Assembly: GCF_000002865.3 (NCBI RefSeq)
Contig: NW_001865048.1
Coordinates: 770,098 to 834,097 of the forward strand
Source: Monosiga brevicollis MX1
Lineage: Eukaryota
Direction of reading: 5' to 3'
Length of the DNA stretch: 64,000 bases
In this document: piece by piece, positions 1-14,755 of the stretch
How positions within the stretch are numbered: the first letter of the stretch is position 1
Layout: every line of letters begins with the position of its first letter
Program-made: the position numbers and the translations under genes
The notes under the pieces: generated by a model
Databases searched by the model: none
Told to the model about the DNA's origin: nothing
What the model saw: only the letters and a program-made list of their open reading frames with translations

Positions 1-1023
1 TGCGCACGCACTTGAAGAATGCTCCCAAGCCCGTACTTAACCGTACGGCCCCGTCGTCCTCCTCTTCTAGCTCCAGCAGCAGTGATAGTGATAGCGACAG
101 TGGCAGCAGTAGCAGTAGCAGCGGCAGTGGTAGCAGTAGTAGTAGCAGCAGCAGCAGCAGCAGTCGAAATGACTCACGCAGGCCCTCGCCTCGTCGTGCA
201 CCCGCGCCTGTGTCTGCACAAGATGGTGCCAACCCTGGCCGTCGGTCCCGGTCTCCGCCCCGCCGATCCCGGTCTCCGCCCCGCCGCTCCCGGTCTCCAC
301 CCCGCCGCTCTCGGTCTCCGCCCCGCCGTTCTCAGTCTCCGCCCCGCCGCTCTCGTTCTCCACCCCGCCGATCCCGGTCTCCACCCCGCCGCTCCCGGTC
401 TCCACCCCGCCGCTCTCGGTCTCCGCCCCGCCGTTCTCAGTCTCCGCCCCGCCGCTCTCGTTCTCCACCCCGCCGATCCCGGTCTCCACCCCGCCGCTCT
501 CGTTCTCCACCCCGCCGCTCTCGTTCGCCTGCCAAGGATTCCAGCAACGGTGCGCCCGTTGGCTTGCACCCAGAGCGTCTGGCGATGCTGCAAGGTGGGG
601 CAGCTGGAGGCCCTCCTCGCAGGGGGGGACCTCCTGCCCGAGGACGGCCACGCTCTCCCCCACGTCGGCGCCGAGACAGCCGTTCTCCCCCACGCCGCCG
701 CCGAGACAGCCGTTCTCCTCCACGCCGCCGCCGAGATAGCCGTTCTCCGCCTCGTGGCCGCCGAGATAGCCGTTCTCCGCCTCGTGGCCGCCGAGATAGC
801 CGTTCTCCGCCTCGTGGCCCTCGCTCTAGTCGTTCGCCGCCACGCAGCCCGCCTCAGCGCCGGTACGTCTTCACACCGTCGTTGGTTTTTTGCCATTCAT
901 CCTCGCCCTCCACCCTGTTCTCCACTCATGCCTCTTGTATGTGTATCCCCACCCTTACTCCCATTAAGCTCTCCTGGTGGAGGACGCTCGCCGTCGCCCA
1001 AGCGCGCCGATCGTCGCGAGTAG
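1..1023 (+). CDS. CWC22: Pre-mRNA splicing factor CWC22, 3' end (Ser-rich and RS-repeat tail); gene starts before the window
   Basis: Frame from nt 3 reads RTHLKNAPK followed by poly-Ser/SDSD, like the CWC22 'LREHLKNTPK...SSSSESDSSD' tail. Then (RSRSPPR)n. A probable intron at ~863-968 joins to SPGGGRSPSPKRADRRE*. Confidence 0.75.
241..850 (+). repeat. Coding tandem repeats: 21-bp RSRSPPR units, then 30-bp RRRDSRSPPR-type units
   Basis: Repeated cgccgctctcggtctccgccc-like and cgccgagatagccgttctccgcctcgtggc-like units are directly visible. Confidence 0.95.
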
Positions 1024-1345
1024 GCAAAGGCTTTCCCGGGAGTCATGACTCGGCGTCACACTTGTGGAACTCTTGAATGAATTGCTTTGTTTTGCAATGG
1101 GTGCTTCTGTTCTACCATCCGCCGCTCTGTTCATCAATCGAGCTGAGGAATGCTGTGTGATTGTCAAGTTTGCTGCCTTTTTACCTCTTCCCCTCTCTTG
1201 CTTATTCACTCTCTTTAATGATGACATTGCCACGCTAGCCTCTTCCATCAGCGGCCGCAATCCAAAAGTTAATAACGTGACCTTTTTTCAACATGAATTG
1301 CACAAAGCAGAAAGGATGATATTTGTGCCCTTTGAAGCTCATGGT

Positions 1346-4300
1346 CTACAATTCTCGGTCAAATGCCCCACGCTTGTGCAGGTGAAGCCCCGAAGCTTCA
1401 AAGTCCAGCAGTGCCGGCCTGAACACATCCGGTTTGCGTTGCATTGCAGCCAACATGAGCACCACAATCTATTCGATTCAAGGAAAGGAAGCAATGTCAT
1501 GATGAGTTTTGTACATAGCCACGCCGCCCCCAACCCTCGACGCATGCTGGCCAAACCTCGGCATGGCCCGCTTGCTCGGCGAGTTCTACGGGGATTTCTC
1601 CGACCGGATTGATATTGAAAAGCTGGGACGACACCTAGGCATAACCGAAACAATGGGCATCTGGATGTACTTGGCCAGAACAGGGTGCGGCGCATGTATG
1701 TGAAAATGGTGACTTGGAGACGAACCGCAGGTAAGGTCAAGAGCCACTGAACTACATCTTTGCGACCAAAATGTGCAGCCTTTGCCAAGGTACCATGACC
1801 CCAATGATTGAGTCGCTGGAAGGGCAAGTGATGGCAGGTTGCAGTGAGAACAGTTTTGCCAGTATGCCTTTCTTCGACTGCCCCGCTTCCATACCGTGAA
1901 ATCAGCCTGCCGTTGATACAGCCAATGACAAATGTCCAGATTGCCACCAGCAGCTGCCCAAATGGCACTGTTGCAGCCGGCATTGCTCAACGTCTCAATG
2001 TGAAAGTGCAGTTCATCCACCAGATACTGTATTACGGGCAGATGCCGCCCCCATACTGCGCGGGCCGATAACACCAACAGCACGCTTGTGAAATCAGGCA
2101 GAGCAAGTCGACAATACCGCGCCAGATGTCAGGGCACTTTCAAGCCAGCCTGCGCCCTACCAGCCCAATGCAGACAGCTCACGCCCTTCTTGGTGACAGC
2201 TTGAACGTCGGCGCCCGCAGAGCACAGCGCTCTAAGGGAAACAACGGGGGAGGGGAGGGGGGGGGGGGGGGGGGGGGGGGTTTTTTAAAAAGGGGTTTTT
2301 TTTGANNNNNNNNNNNNNNNNNNNNNNNNNNNNNNNNNNNNNNNNNNNNNNNNNNGGGGGGGGGGGGGGGGTGGTTGACAAGGGTGCTTTTTGAGAGCAT
2401 CAAGGATCAAACGAACAAGGGGTGAAGAAGGCCAAGCTAACCGAATAACTTCCATGTGCCCATTTCGACACGCCCAGTGCAAGGGAGTACGAGCTTCTCG
2501 GCTCATACGATCCACTTGAACACCTTGCTCCAGCAGCCATGTGACACAGCTCAGATGGCCTTGTCCTGCCAGAAGCGTGCCAAACGAATCAAAAAGAGAT
2601 TAGCCTGTGTTGCTCAACTGCATCATCCAGCGATCCATGAACAGGCAATAAAGGCAAGGCGGAAGGGGTAGTACCGGCAGCCCATGCAAGCAAGGATAGG
2701 CCATGACGATCATGGACCTCATCAAGCCCTGGGTGATTAGGTTGAGTAACTCGTTCTTGCAATGCACCCAAGTCGCCCATGCGCGCTGCCCACATGGCTA
2801 TCATCCACGACACAGCATTTTTAACGCAAGCATGTGAGCAGAACTTCGCGGCTGAGAGCAGAATAGAGTAGAGGCATGTTGAGCTCTGGCATTGCGAAAC
2901 CTACAAGAGGCTTCGTCATAGGCACTTTCCCGTGCTGCGTGTATTTGTTGTTGGCGAAGGCGCCCCAACTGCTTCTTTGCCGCGACAGCTTGCTGCTTGT
3001 TGCTCCCGCTCGGAGCGACTGCTGGAGGACGGAGATGCCAGCGGGCTAGGAAAACTGCCACCGCCACATCGGTACGATAAAGCTCCTCCGGGCTCAGTTC
3101 CTCAACGTCGCAGTGCCGATGGAGCAGCTCTAACAACTCTGTAAGGCGTAGCGAGTCGATGCCCACCTAACAAAATGCAAAAGGATTCGGCACAATCATG
3201 CTGAGAAAAAAAAAAAAAAAAAACACCATCACGAACCAAGGGCATTGTGCGAGGAAGGAAACCACAGGCAGGTAGGCAGGCAGGCAATCGGATGGGGGCA
3301 GTCGGACAGACGTCGTACCTGTTCCAAGGTGAGGTGGGCATCACGTGGCAAGTTGATGGCGCAAAAAGTGACCAGTAAAGCTTCGGGAGTTAGGTGCTTT
3401 GGAATGTCGGCTGTGCAAGCAGACGCGAGATGCATTTCTTGAACCTGCAGACTGAGAGCCTGTGTCCCAGCTGCAGTTGTCAACCGCAGCAGCCGATGGT
3501 TTGTGGGCCGGGATAGACCGTTCAAGAGCCGGGAAAGGTGCGCACGCTGAATCTTGCCTGTCGCTGTTCGAGGCAATGTTGCGCCAAGAACAATCAACTA
3601 TTCACAGAAAATGTTTGGTGAGCTGTCGAGCACGGGGAGGAAGATACACTAGACTATTCCACCACTCCACCCCATCCCCACGCCCCCTGAAAGGGGGCGA
3701 ATGTTCTGGTCGAATGAATCAAACACGGCGCAATCTTTTTTTTTTTTTCCATACCTCGGGGCGCCAATGCGCGGGTAGGAGGCGGTGTTCCAAGAGTGCC
3801 CGCAGAGCATGCGCGGCTGGGTCATCCTCAAAAGCAAGAGCCACGGCCTCACCCAAATCATCATGGTCGACGGCGAAAGCTGCAAACCGCAGGCCTGGAA
3901 AGTGTGGCTGTAGGGTTGCTTCAATCTAAGACGATGCTCCAAGAAAGCGGGATGAGGTGGCACAGACGGTGTGCAGAGAAGAGCTACTGATACGCGGCTG
4001 GCCGGCCAACGCGTACCTCGCGCGGATTGAGTTTTTCACCGGCCCTGTTGATGAAATCCTTGAGGCGGCCTTCAAGCTTGACGCAGCCGTGCCCGTCAAT
4101 TCGGGCTAAATCTCCGGTTTGGAACCAGCCGCTGCTGTGCACAGGTAGATAGACGGAGCCTAATGGGAAGGCGACAATTGTGGGTGAGGCTGACTCTAGG
4201 ATGGGGGCGGGCAAACAAAGGAACGTGCAAAGACGCGGCCATATAAAAAAGTACAAAAGCGCGATGATTACTCGGTTAGGTGACAGCCGACCCACCGTTG

Positions 4301-5499
4301 TCATCCTCGTATGGGTTGAGGGCGGGGCCACGTACGCACAGCTCGCCCGTACCCTGATTGTGGACGCGATCGTCAGCTGCCAGCACACCCACCTGAACGA
4401 CCGGTGCACAGGCGTGGCCAAGAGAGTCACAGGAGGGGTTCGTGGAGAGGAGGGAAGGAGAACACATGGGCATGCATTCCGTCATAGCGCAGGTCGTCAG
4501 CATGCGACAGCCCGTCAGCTGGGCCAAGGCTGCGGCATCCGCAGGGGCAAGATGGGCGCTGCAGTTGCGGGCAAGGCGCAGTCGAGGCAACGGGGCAACA
4601 TGTGCAGGGGAATTGCGCAGCACACGCAAGAGTCGGCGATGGGCTAAGGGCACGGCAGAATACCAGGTGACCTCAAAAGCCCGTAGAGCCTCTAGAAGGC
4701 CAGGCCCATCCGCCATGGTCGCTGTCGGGAGAAGAACGAGGCTAGCACCGGCAAACAGGGTAGCAAACAAATTTACCACCAGGCCGTGAATGTGATAGAG
4801 CGGTAGTGCGTTGCAGCCCACGTCTTGGCTGGTCAACTGCAGGGTTTGAGCGATGCTGGCAGCGGCACGCTCGCAATTGACTTGAGTCAGTAACACGCGC
4901 TTGGGTGCACGTGTGGTGCCAGAGGTTTGCATGACCAGGGCCACGCGATGAGAAACCTCTCCGTTTGCATCGTGCCATCGGGCTCCCTTGAGCTGAAGCT
5001 GCGAGATGTCTGGCTCATCGACCACCTTGCGTTCAGCACAAGCCATGTCAAGGGAAGACTGTGGCAGGATTGGGTCTGCCAGATAGAAGAGTGGACTGGA
5101 CGACGTGGCAGGTTCTGCTGACTGCGAGCCGGTGTGTGCCCAGAGAACGGTGATGTACGGACTGAGACAGCGCGTCAGGGATACGGCAGCTGGATGAGTG
5201 GCCTCGATGCAGAGAGCATCAACGCGCAGGTGGGCCACGGCACGGGCCAGGTCAGAAACCGATCCACGCGGGTCCATGGGAGTATATTGGGTGCGCGGGG
5301 CAAACAGGATGGCTGCTGTCGCGTAGTACGCGTGATGCTGAGCAATAAAGGCCAGCCGCAAGTTGGATGGTAGCTGGCAGAAGGGCTTTGCCTTTGCTTG
5401 TTGGTCAGCCCAAGCTGCCACGGCCTCATAGCTGAGGACGTGGTGTGCGGCGCCCCACCGAAAGAGAGGCCCGTGGCCCCGCGCAACCCACGTGTCCAT
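1346..5499 (-). CDS. NRPS-like protein: adenylation domain (oxalate-CoA ligase/PCS60-like) + phosphopantetheine carrier domain + about 6 ankyrin repeats; multi-exon
   Basis: A-domain motifs QTSGTTRAPK, LPLYHIHGL, TWYSAVP, CAMTE, GWFQTGD, GRLKDFINRAGEK, LPRTATGKIQR. Spliced LTLEQ|VGIDSL carrier motif (intron 3318-3167). Ankyrin motifs GLSLLAWAAG, RTPLHWACRNGH, GVSCLHWA, NSAIWAAAGGN. An assembly gap lies in one predicted intron. Confidence 0.8.
2306..2355. other. Assembly gap (50 N) flanked by low-quality poly-G
   Basis: N run in the sequence. Confidence 1.
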
Positions 5500-5759
5500 G
5501 GCGGTCCACCCCCAATTCACCTGCTTCTGCCCCGAACACTTTCCCCACTACCCATACGCACTGTCACACCTTTTGCCCAATCACCTCAAAGACTTGACTC
5601 TCAACTCCCAACTCTATCTCGTACAGTCCCTCACTCACGGCCCCGCCCGCCCGCCCGCCCGCCAACCGTAAACCCGAACGTTTGCCGTGCTCGCAACACA
5701 TTCGTTGACTCAAATGACCACTTTTGTCTGACATTTCAATCACTCATACACACCACAAA

Positions 5760-5873
5760 CACACACACACACGCTCTCTCTCTCTCTCTCTCAAACTCTC
5801 TCTCTCTCTCTCTCTCAAACTCTCTCTCTCTCAAACTCTCTCAAACTCTCTCAAACTCTCTCTCTCTCTCTCT

Positions 5874-5909
<36 letters not shown>

Positions 5910-5935
5910 CTCTCTCAAACTCTCTCTCTCAGTCT
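5760..5935. repeat. (CA)n then (CT)n microsatellite punctuated by CAAA, in a divergent intergenic region
   Basis: ctctctcaaa units between head-to-head starts at 5499(-) and 6169(+). Confidence 0.95.
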
Positions 5936-6168
5936 CAGTCATCAGTCTTTTTTTTTTGTCTGAACAGCTGGTTGGTGGAGTTGATCGCGGCGGTTGGCAG
6001 TGGCGCGGGTGAGGGGGGGGACAATGCTGAGCTGTGTTGCGCTGGCAAGGACATGGAATGAGGACCATTGGGTGGAATTAAGGGCGGGGGTGTTCTGACT
6101 GGTGTATGGATGGGGTTTGCTCGCTTCATAGATTGGTCGTGTGCTTCATCGCCATATCGGGGAGTGCG

Positions 6169-7570
<1,402 letters not shown>

Positions 7571-7891
7571 TTTGACTTGCCAGTTAGCCAACCGAACCTC
7601 CGATCTTCCCAGCACCCAGTCCCTGGTCCTTCTTCCCTCTCTCCCTATGCCTCGACCCGAGCCGAGCCAAGCGGCGAGCCCAAGTCTTTGTTTCATGCTA
7701 TCTGTGTTTTATGTGCGCGTGTCCGTGCCACAATGAACCCGCTGCCCCGTGGTGTGTCAGACTGTACAATACGACGCACCAACATCACCACGCTCTCAAA
7801 TGAGTCGTATGACTCGTTCACACACAGGCACACACACTCGCACGCACCCACCATCCAAAAGCAAAAGCAAAGGTCAGAAAGAAATAAAACT

Positions 7892-7942
<51 letters not shown>

Positions 7943-8038
7943 AGGGAAAAGGAAATACACTACATGTAAGCCTTGATCTCTTGTCACACACACACAGACG
8001 GCGTGCCTTTGGGCATTTTCGTACAGTAACGGATCGAG

Positions 8039-9349
8039 ATGCTCAAGTTCCTGTTGTTGGTGGCCCTGGTGGCAGCGGCGGCCAATGCCGATGTGCCTTT
8101 GACTCTGCTTGACAAATATCCCAACGCACGGTAGGCATGCGTCGTACTGCCGTACTCACCTGGTCCACAAAATCAACTGGACTTCATGCCGATCTGCCCT
8201 CCGCCTCTTGCCTTTGTTGATGTTTTCTTGCGGGGCCATGTGACTCTGATGCCCCTGGCATGGCACGGCCCGTTTGAAGGCCCTCTCTCACACACCTCTC
8301 TTTTTGCATTGCATGTCATGCTGCGCGCTAGTTGTATGGATGGTACGCCCGGTGGTTATTACTTTCAGCCAAGCAGCAACGCCTCGGCGTCCACCAAATG
8401 GGTCATCTCCCTCGAAGGCGGCGGCGAGTGCGCCACGGAGGACAGCTGCAAGAGCAAGCTCAACACTTCCCTCGGGTCAACCGATCATCGCCCCAAGAGC
8501 ATCGGCAGCTTGGGCTTCCTCGGAACCGATGATTGCAACGAAAACCCTGTCATGTGCCAGTGGAACCGAGTGGAGGTGGTGTACTGCTCCCAGGATCTGC
8601 ATTCCGGCCAACGCGCCCAACCCTCGGACGAGTCCTGGGGCATCATCTTTGCTGGAAAGCTGATCGTTGACGCCATCATCGAAGATCTGGAGGCCAACCA
8701 TGGCCTCACCGAGGCCACAGAGATTATTCTTTCGGGTGATTCGGCCGGTGGCCTCGGTACCTGGTACCACCTCAACGACCTGGTCGATCGCTATCCCCAG
8801 GCCAGCGTTTACAACGTCCCCATCGCCGGCTTTTACTTCCCGGCTTACCCCTACACCGGCCCCAATCACACTCAGTCGGGGCTTGCCGACTTCCGTGCCG
8901 AGGCCTGGCCTGGACACGTGACCCTCTGGCAGAGCCACATGGACCAAGATTGCCAGCGCGACATGCCCGTCAACGACACGTGGAAGTGCATGCTTGCCAA
9001 CTTCTCGTACCCTTACATGCGGGCGCCCATTTTCATTGTTGAGGCACAAACCGACGAAGTTGTGACCACAGGTCATGACTGGCTGCCTGCTAATGACATC
9101 TACCAACCCCCTGAGCAAGCCTATCTCGCCGAGTGGGCAGCCAACATGACCCAGGGCCTCCAGCGCGCCGCCAACAGCCACCGCGATGGCGTTTTCAACG
9201 CTGCCTGCTTCATTCACACGACCTTCACCAACAGCAAACCACGCATCAATGGCCTCACCTACCACCAGGCCATGTTGCAATGGCTTGCTGGTGAATCCAT
9301 GGTGCTCATCGATGATTGTGGTGTCATTTGCAACCCCACCTGCCCTTAG
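8039..9349 (+). CDS. Secreted pectin acetylesterase/Notum-family carboxylesterase; 2 exons
   Basis: Signal peptide MLKFLLLVALVAAAANA. Spliced AR|CMDGTPGGYY, LEGGGEC, YCSQDLHSG, nucleophile GDSAGG, ACFIH, terminal CNPTCP. Confidence 0.9.
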
Positions 9350-9713
9350 TCAAGCCGCAACCCCCGCTGGAGCTGCTGGCTAGCTAGCTAGCTAGCTAGC
9401 CAGCTAGCCACATTGCGCAGATGATGATGCCTTTTACTTTTGTTTTTCTACACTTGTAGACTCGCACCTCTGAGGCTGAATATCCCCCTCTCGTGCACAG
9501 AACGACTGCCCTCAGCCTGCGGGTACATGGCGCATGTCTGTTGCATCTCTTGTCTTGACCATCGCACGCCGCGCACCAAAGCGACCTGGCAATTGATCAT
9601 AGGTCGATTAAGATGCCATGCACGAGCAAAACACTCATTTAATAGCGAATCTACACTCTAATCACTGTCCTAGTAGTGTGGTAGGGCGTCAACGCCGCAG
9701 GATCGGCGGGAGC

Positions 9714-9745
<32 letters not shown>

Positions 9746-9747
9746 CC

Positions 9748-12700
9748 TCTATCCATGACCTGACAACCTCTGCTCTTCCTCCTCACACACTCTGCGAAAA
9801 TAATCGCTGTTCGTCGCAATAAAGGCTTCCACGTCCAGTCCCAAATCGTGAAAGGCGGTCTGTAAAGCCAGCAAGTCAACACGAGACACGTGCCAACCGC
9901 GGTAACAAAGCATAAATGAGAGCAATCAGGATGTCTTAAAAAGGACCACAGCGCAAGGGCACCACATCATGACATGCAACGAGCAGCGCCTGCGACGACG
10001 CACGTAAGCGAGCTGATCTACGTTGCGCACGCGAAATAGATCCTCTTTGAAGAAAGCATTCAGCTCTGTATCCTCACGAAATTGCAAAATGTCGTCCTTG
10101 TGCAGCTTGAGCAGTGCGAGCCCATAGCGAAACAGAACCTGTCAGGGACCCCAGAGAAACCAATACCATGCTTATGAGCATGAGGCAGGGCGCACATTGA
10201 AAAAAGAAAGTCAAAGACGCCGCACTAGACTCATGGGCGCAACGCTAAATGGATAGCACCACGTACGCTCCGGCCTTCGCACAAAAAGGCGTCCCAAATG
10301 CGCAGCACGACTTCAGTCGGCAGTGTGTTGACAAATGCCGTGAAAAACCTGAAGCACCGTCACGCGTCATCTGATTGAGCCGGGAAGAACGTGAAAAAGT
10401 AGTGCCCGCTGGCCTGCTGCCACCTACCAACTAAAACAGATGCGCTGCAGATCCAAGCAGTAATGTTGAAAATGGTCGTGCAACTCGGGCATCGTCTCCT
10501 TCACCATGGCTGCAGTAGCCAGGGCGCAAGCCAGAGATACAGACCAGGTCAGCTCTATGCGTTCTTTGAGCAAAGCAGAGCACAAAGCTGGAAAAGATGA
10601 ACGCACCCACAAACATGCTACGGTCCACGGCACAGCCCGTCATGGGAAAGTTGTAGTACTCAAACCGCATAATCTTCTCCACAATGGCATCGAGAGCGTA
10701 AAAGGCCCATTCCTCATTGAGATACAGCATGGCAAAGGCAACCAAGCGGTTGAAACCTTGAGTGTAGCCTAAGGGCAAAAGGTGACGACAGACCAACGGG
10801 ATCATTCCACCACAGGGTCCTGACATGGAACAGCAATGCATTCTACTGGCAATGACGTACCAATTCTGGGGATGAAAAAGGCAAAGGCCGTCAACACGCG
10901 CTGCAACGCGACCACGCTTGGCGCATTAAAGTCTTGGAAGAACACGTTGTTGGAAAACGTGCGCAGCAAGTCCAGCTGACATGGGTTGATGCAAATCACA
11001 TGAATGCCAAACACGCAGAGACCTCACCGAGCATCTGGTGGGCGCTGGAAGCGGGGGCTGAGTTGGAAGACGGTGTACCACGACGCTCAAATTCACCTTG
11101 ATCAACTCGGCGTACTCAAGTTGCTTCGTCGACTTGTGCTCAACCAATTTTTTGTAAAAGTTGTTGCCGTTGATGCGTCGAATGCCTGCGGTACGCGCGG
11201 CCACAAAATGCTTCCAGACCTGCCAACACGCCCAAGATACAGGTATTAGCATGCCTACGTAGTATTCCAATGCCCTGGTATATGTCGATCCTCACGTGCT
11301 GGCGCAGGTGCTGAGGGATGCCGCGCCGACATAGCTCGAGATGGGAAACGTCTGTGAGAAGCCGGGGTTCTGTTTGCTTGTTGAGTTGTGCGATCAACTC
11401 TTCCCACCTACATGGCACCAGAATTCCATAAGCACACCAGTTGAGCCAAATACAAGGTACGACGCGATACCAAAGTCGGTGGGATCCAAACAGGAGGCAT
11501 ACTCGTCATGTCGTTCCAGGTCGTTGGCCGTGACCTTTTCAGCATCCACGCGAAAGGCTCGGATTGCCCTCTACGCGACCAGGGAACCGTAGAGTGAAGC
11601 ATGGGCTCGGATGAATAGAAGAGAAACCATCGACGCGCGCACAAACGTGCGAAAGGAAAACGAGTTGTGTGAAGGGAAGCAATTATTCTTTTTTTTTTTT
11701 TTTTTTTGAAAGAATCACGAGTGTGGCGAGCAACTGGCCAAGAGAGAAGGTGAAATGAGCACGAGGTTGCAAGACATACCGATTCCAGTGGCCGCGTCTC
11801 AGAACGAGGGGGCACATCCGCAACCACGGCAAAGCGCATGAACCCATATTGATCATAGTCAGCTTGAAGTTGTGGTTGAACAGCATATGCGCCCACCGTC
11901 TCGGCCTGTGCTGCTGCCACGTGCTGGACGTGCTGACCTTCATGCACGCGTGGAAACTCCTCAAAGTCACCGCTGGTCAAGCGAGCACTAATCACCGTGT
12001 CATGCTTGTATCGACGCATTAGTTCGGCCATATTATGAACAATGATCGAGCCGTCCAACGGTGCAGAAGCCGTGGCCAGGTGACGAGCGTCGGGGCTTAT
12101 GGCAAGTCCAACAACGCCATCCGTATGTAGGCATAGCCGAAGAAGCGGGTGCTTGGTGCGGGCATGCCAGGCATAGATGGCACCCGAGGTGCCACCGGCC
12201 CAAACAACGTCGTCGTGACGCTTGACACAAGTCAGGCCCTGGCACTTTACGAGCCAGGTGAGAAGCCGACGGCTGCGCCGTGTATCAAACACCTGCATGG
12301 CTGATGACTTGGGCGAGCAGCACCACAGCTCGCCATCAAGTCCAGCGCATATCAGGTCGACAGGCAGGGCCAAAATAGGATGGCGGCGAGGCCGCTTGAA
12401 GCGGTTTGAACTCACGCCGTCATCCGCAGCAGCGGCAAAGATTTGGCCCAAGGCGGTTAGTGGCACGCTAGGGATGGGCAAATGTGGCATGCCATCGTCC
12501 TCGGCATCACTGGAAACATTGCTACTGGCGGCACTCTCGGCCGCACTTCCAGCGGTGCTATCAAGGCGGCCTGGAACCGTGGTAGCTCCAAACGGATTGG
12601 GACGGGGCGAGCGGCCGAGTGTCGACGCAGGCGATGCTGAGAGCCCTTCGGCGGAGCGGAGGCCAGGGATGGGAATGGATGAGACTGTAGGTGTCGTGGT

Positions 12701-13861
12701 TGAGGAGGCCAGACGCACGGATTGAATTCCAATCTCCAAGGCGGCATGGACAATGTCACCGGCTACGTTCTCGGCTCGACGCCGAGTCAGGAAGCTCCGC
12801 GAGCTGCTGAGACTGTCGGCACGGACGATACGGCCATCACTGAGATGACCTGACGTGCTCGTTCGGTTTTTTTGAAATTGAGGCAGGATGGCATCAATGA
12901 CGCGCGCGTCCCGCTTGGTGAGGCCGATAACATGTGTGCCCACGGCCAGCCAGAGAAGGTCATCCATTGGGACCATATCTGCCACAAGTGCGCTGTCGTC
13001 CAGGAGGGTTTGCAGGATCACGTTTTGCAGGGCGTATTGCTGTTGTGCATTCCAAAGCACAACATGTGCGTCGCGGCTGGCGGTCCACACCCAGTCGGGA
13101 TTCATGTCATCAACCTGCAGGCTCGCAATGTGATCCTCGTGCATGGTCAAGTCGGCGGTGCATTCGAGAGTGCGGGCATCAAACACCTTGAGAAAGCCGC
13201 CGTGGCCGCCGATCCAGACGGCCTCCGTCAGCGGCAAAGGCAGAATACAAGAGATGGGGCCATCGAGTTGCAGGCTTCGCAAGGTTTTGTATGTGGAATG
13301 TGGTGAGCGAGTGTCGGCGCCGCCCATGTGGAGGGGGCTCTGATCAGGGCGCATGAAATTCAACCAGCGCCAGCGCCTTGATGGGGATCCGGGCTGAGAT
13401 GCTTCAGAGGCCAAGGACGAGACTATCAGGGAATCCGTACCCCAGAAAGGAACAAAGGATGAGCGACGCTGGTGAATTGATTCAAACTTGCAAACATCGG
13501 GGGGGATCTAGACGCCAAGGGTGCCGATTGCAGTACCTGACGAGCGACTGTGGCTGCGAGGCGGGGTGGTGGGTGTGGCCTCGGCTTCGTGGGCGACATC
13601 AATGCGACCGTTGCTAAAGCCATACCAAATCTAACAAGGATTGAACAGGCATCGGGTTGGTCAATCAGGCATGATGGCTGTACCGGTGGGTCGAGGTGAA
13701 AAATCATGGGAATAGAGCCGAGCGTTGCTCACCAGGGCAGGCTCGGCCACCGCGCACGGACGGTAGATGGCGATGCAAGAGATCCCAGCCACGCATTCCC
13801 ATGCATCGTCGTCAGCGGCCTGCGAGACCACTTCGGGCCGAAAGCGCACAGTTGTGGACAT
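9748..13861 (-). CDS. Rab GTPase-activating protein: N-terminal WD40-like propeller + TBC1D2-like TBC domain; multi-exon, both ends approximate
   Basis: TBC motifs YDQYGF, RRGIPQHLR, IK|LDLLRTFSNN, GYTQGFNRL, AFYALDAIVE, FRYGLALLK. WD-like blades VWIGGHGGFLKVFD, VWTASRDAHVVLWN, VWAGGTSGAIYAWH. Confidence 0.85.
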
Positions 13862-14129
13862 GGTCGAGCTCCAGCAGCGCGCATTTGCAGAGCACGCGCC
13901 ACAGCCTGACTGGTCGCCTGACCGTGAGTCAAAACACCAATGAACGGCACACCCATATGTCACCCCGAGATCTAAGGCGACAAGGCACCTATGCAAACAC
14001 CCGTTTGAGCTACCAGACCCCCAGTACCATCACCAAACCAAATCGTCCACCTCCCAATGCCATCAAGAGAGCCGCATCAGCCACTACCGCCGCCGCTGCC
14101 AACCGCGCGGAGAAGGAACGAGACGTACC

Positions 14130-14188
<59 letters not shown>

Positions 14189-14755
14189 GTGTGTGTGCGA
14201 TAAAAGCACTGAATTGTTGTTGTTGTTGTTCACGTCATTTGATCTCCTCGAGTTGTTGATGCTGCTGGTGGTATAAGAGTTATTGCTGATAATTTTAGAT
14301 TATCGTGGTATTTAAATTAGTTGATGTTGTTTGTAATACATTTACCATGACAGTTACTGAAGGACTTTTATAGGTTTTCGTTGCAAAATTTGAAGTTGTT
14401 GTGGATGAATATGAAAAAGTCGTTGCCTGCTGATGGGCTGATGCCTTTGAAAGAACAAGTCGTAGTTTGGAGAGGTGCCAACGGACGGCGCTCCGCACCT
14501 GAGATGTGGGCTGAGGTTGCTGTGGATGGACGGATGAGTATGCGTGTGAGGCAAGAGCTTGCAACTCAATGTCCCGTTCACCAGGTCGGTCTTCAATCTT
14601 GAATCCGGGCTCGTCTCACACACGACAAAGAAAGTGGACGGTTCGATGCTATGCTCTTGGTTGGAGTGGGTGCTTTCATGTCTTATTTAAATTGCAAGGG
14701 ATAACGTCGGTGTATGTATGTGAAGGGCTGTGCCGAAAAGCCTGCAGGGCCTGGC

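Noticed and set aside
19..896. Long alternative-frame and antisense ORFs over the RS repeat
   Set aside because: By-products of a stop-free GC-rich tandem repeat.
1064..1703. Plus-strand ORFs of 182 and 64 aa
   Set aside because: Antisense to the final ankyrin exons of the A-T-ankyrin gene; no recognisable motifs.
9378..9410. (GCTA)n self-complementary run after the esterase stop
   Set aside because: Simple tetranucleotide microsatellite; no evidence of a terminator role.
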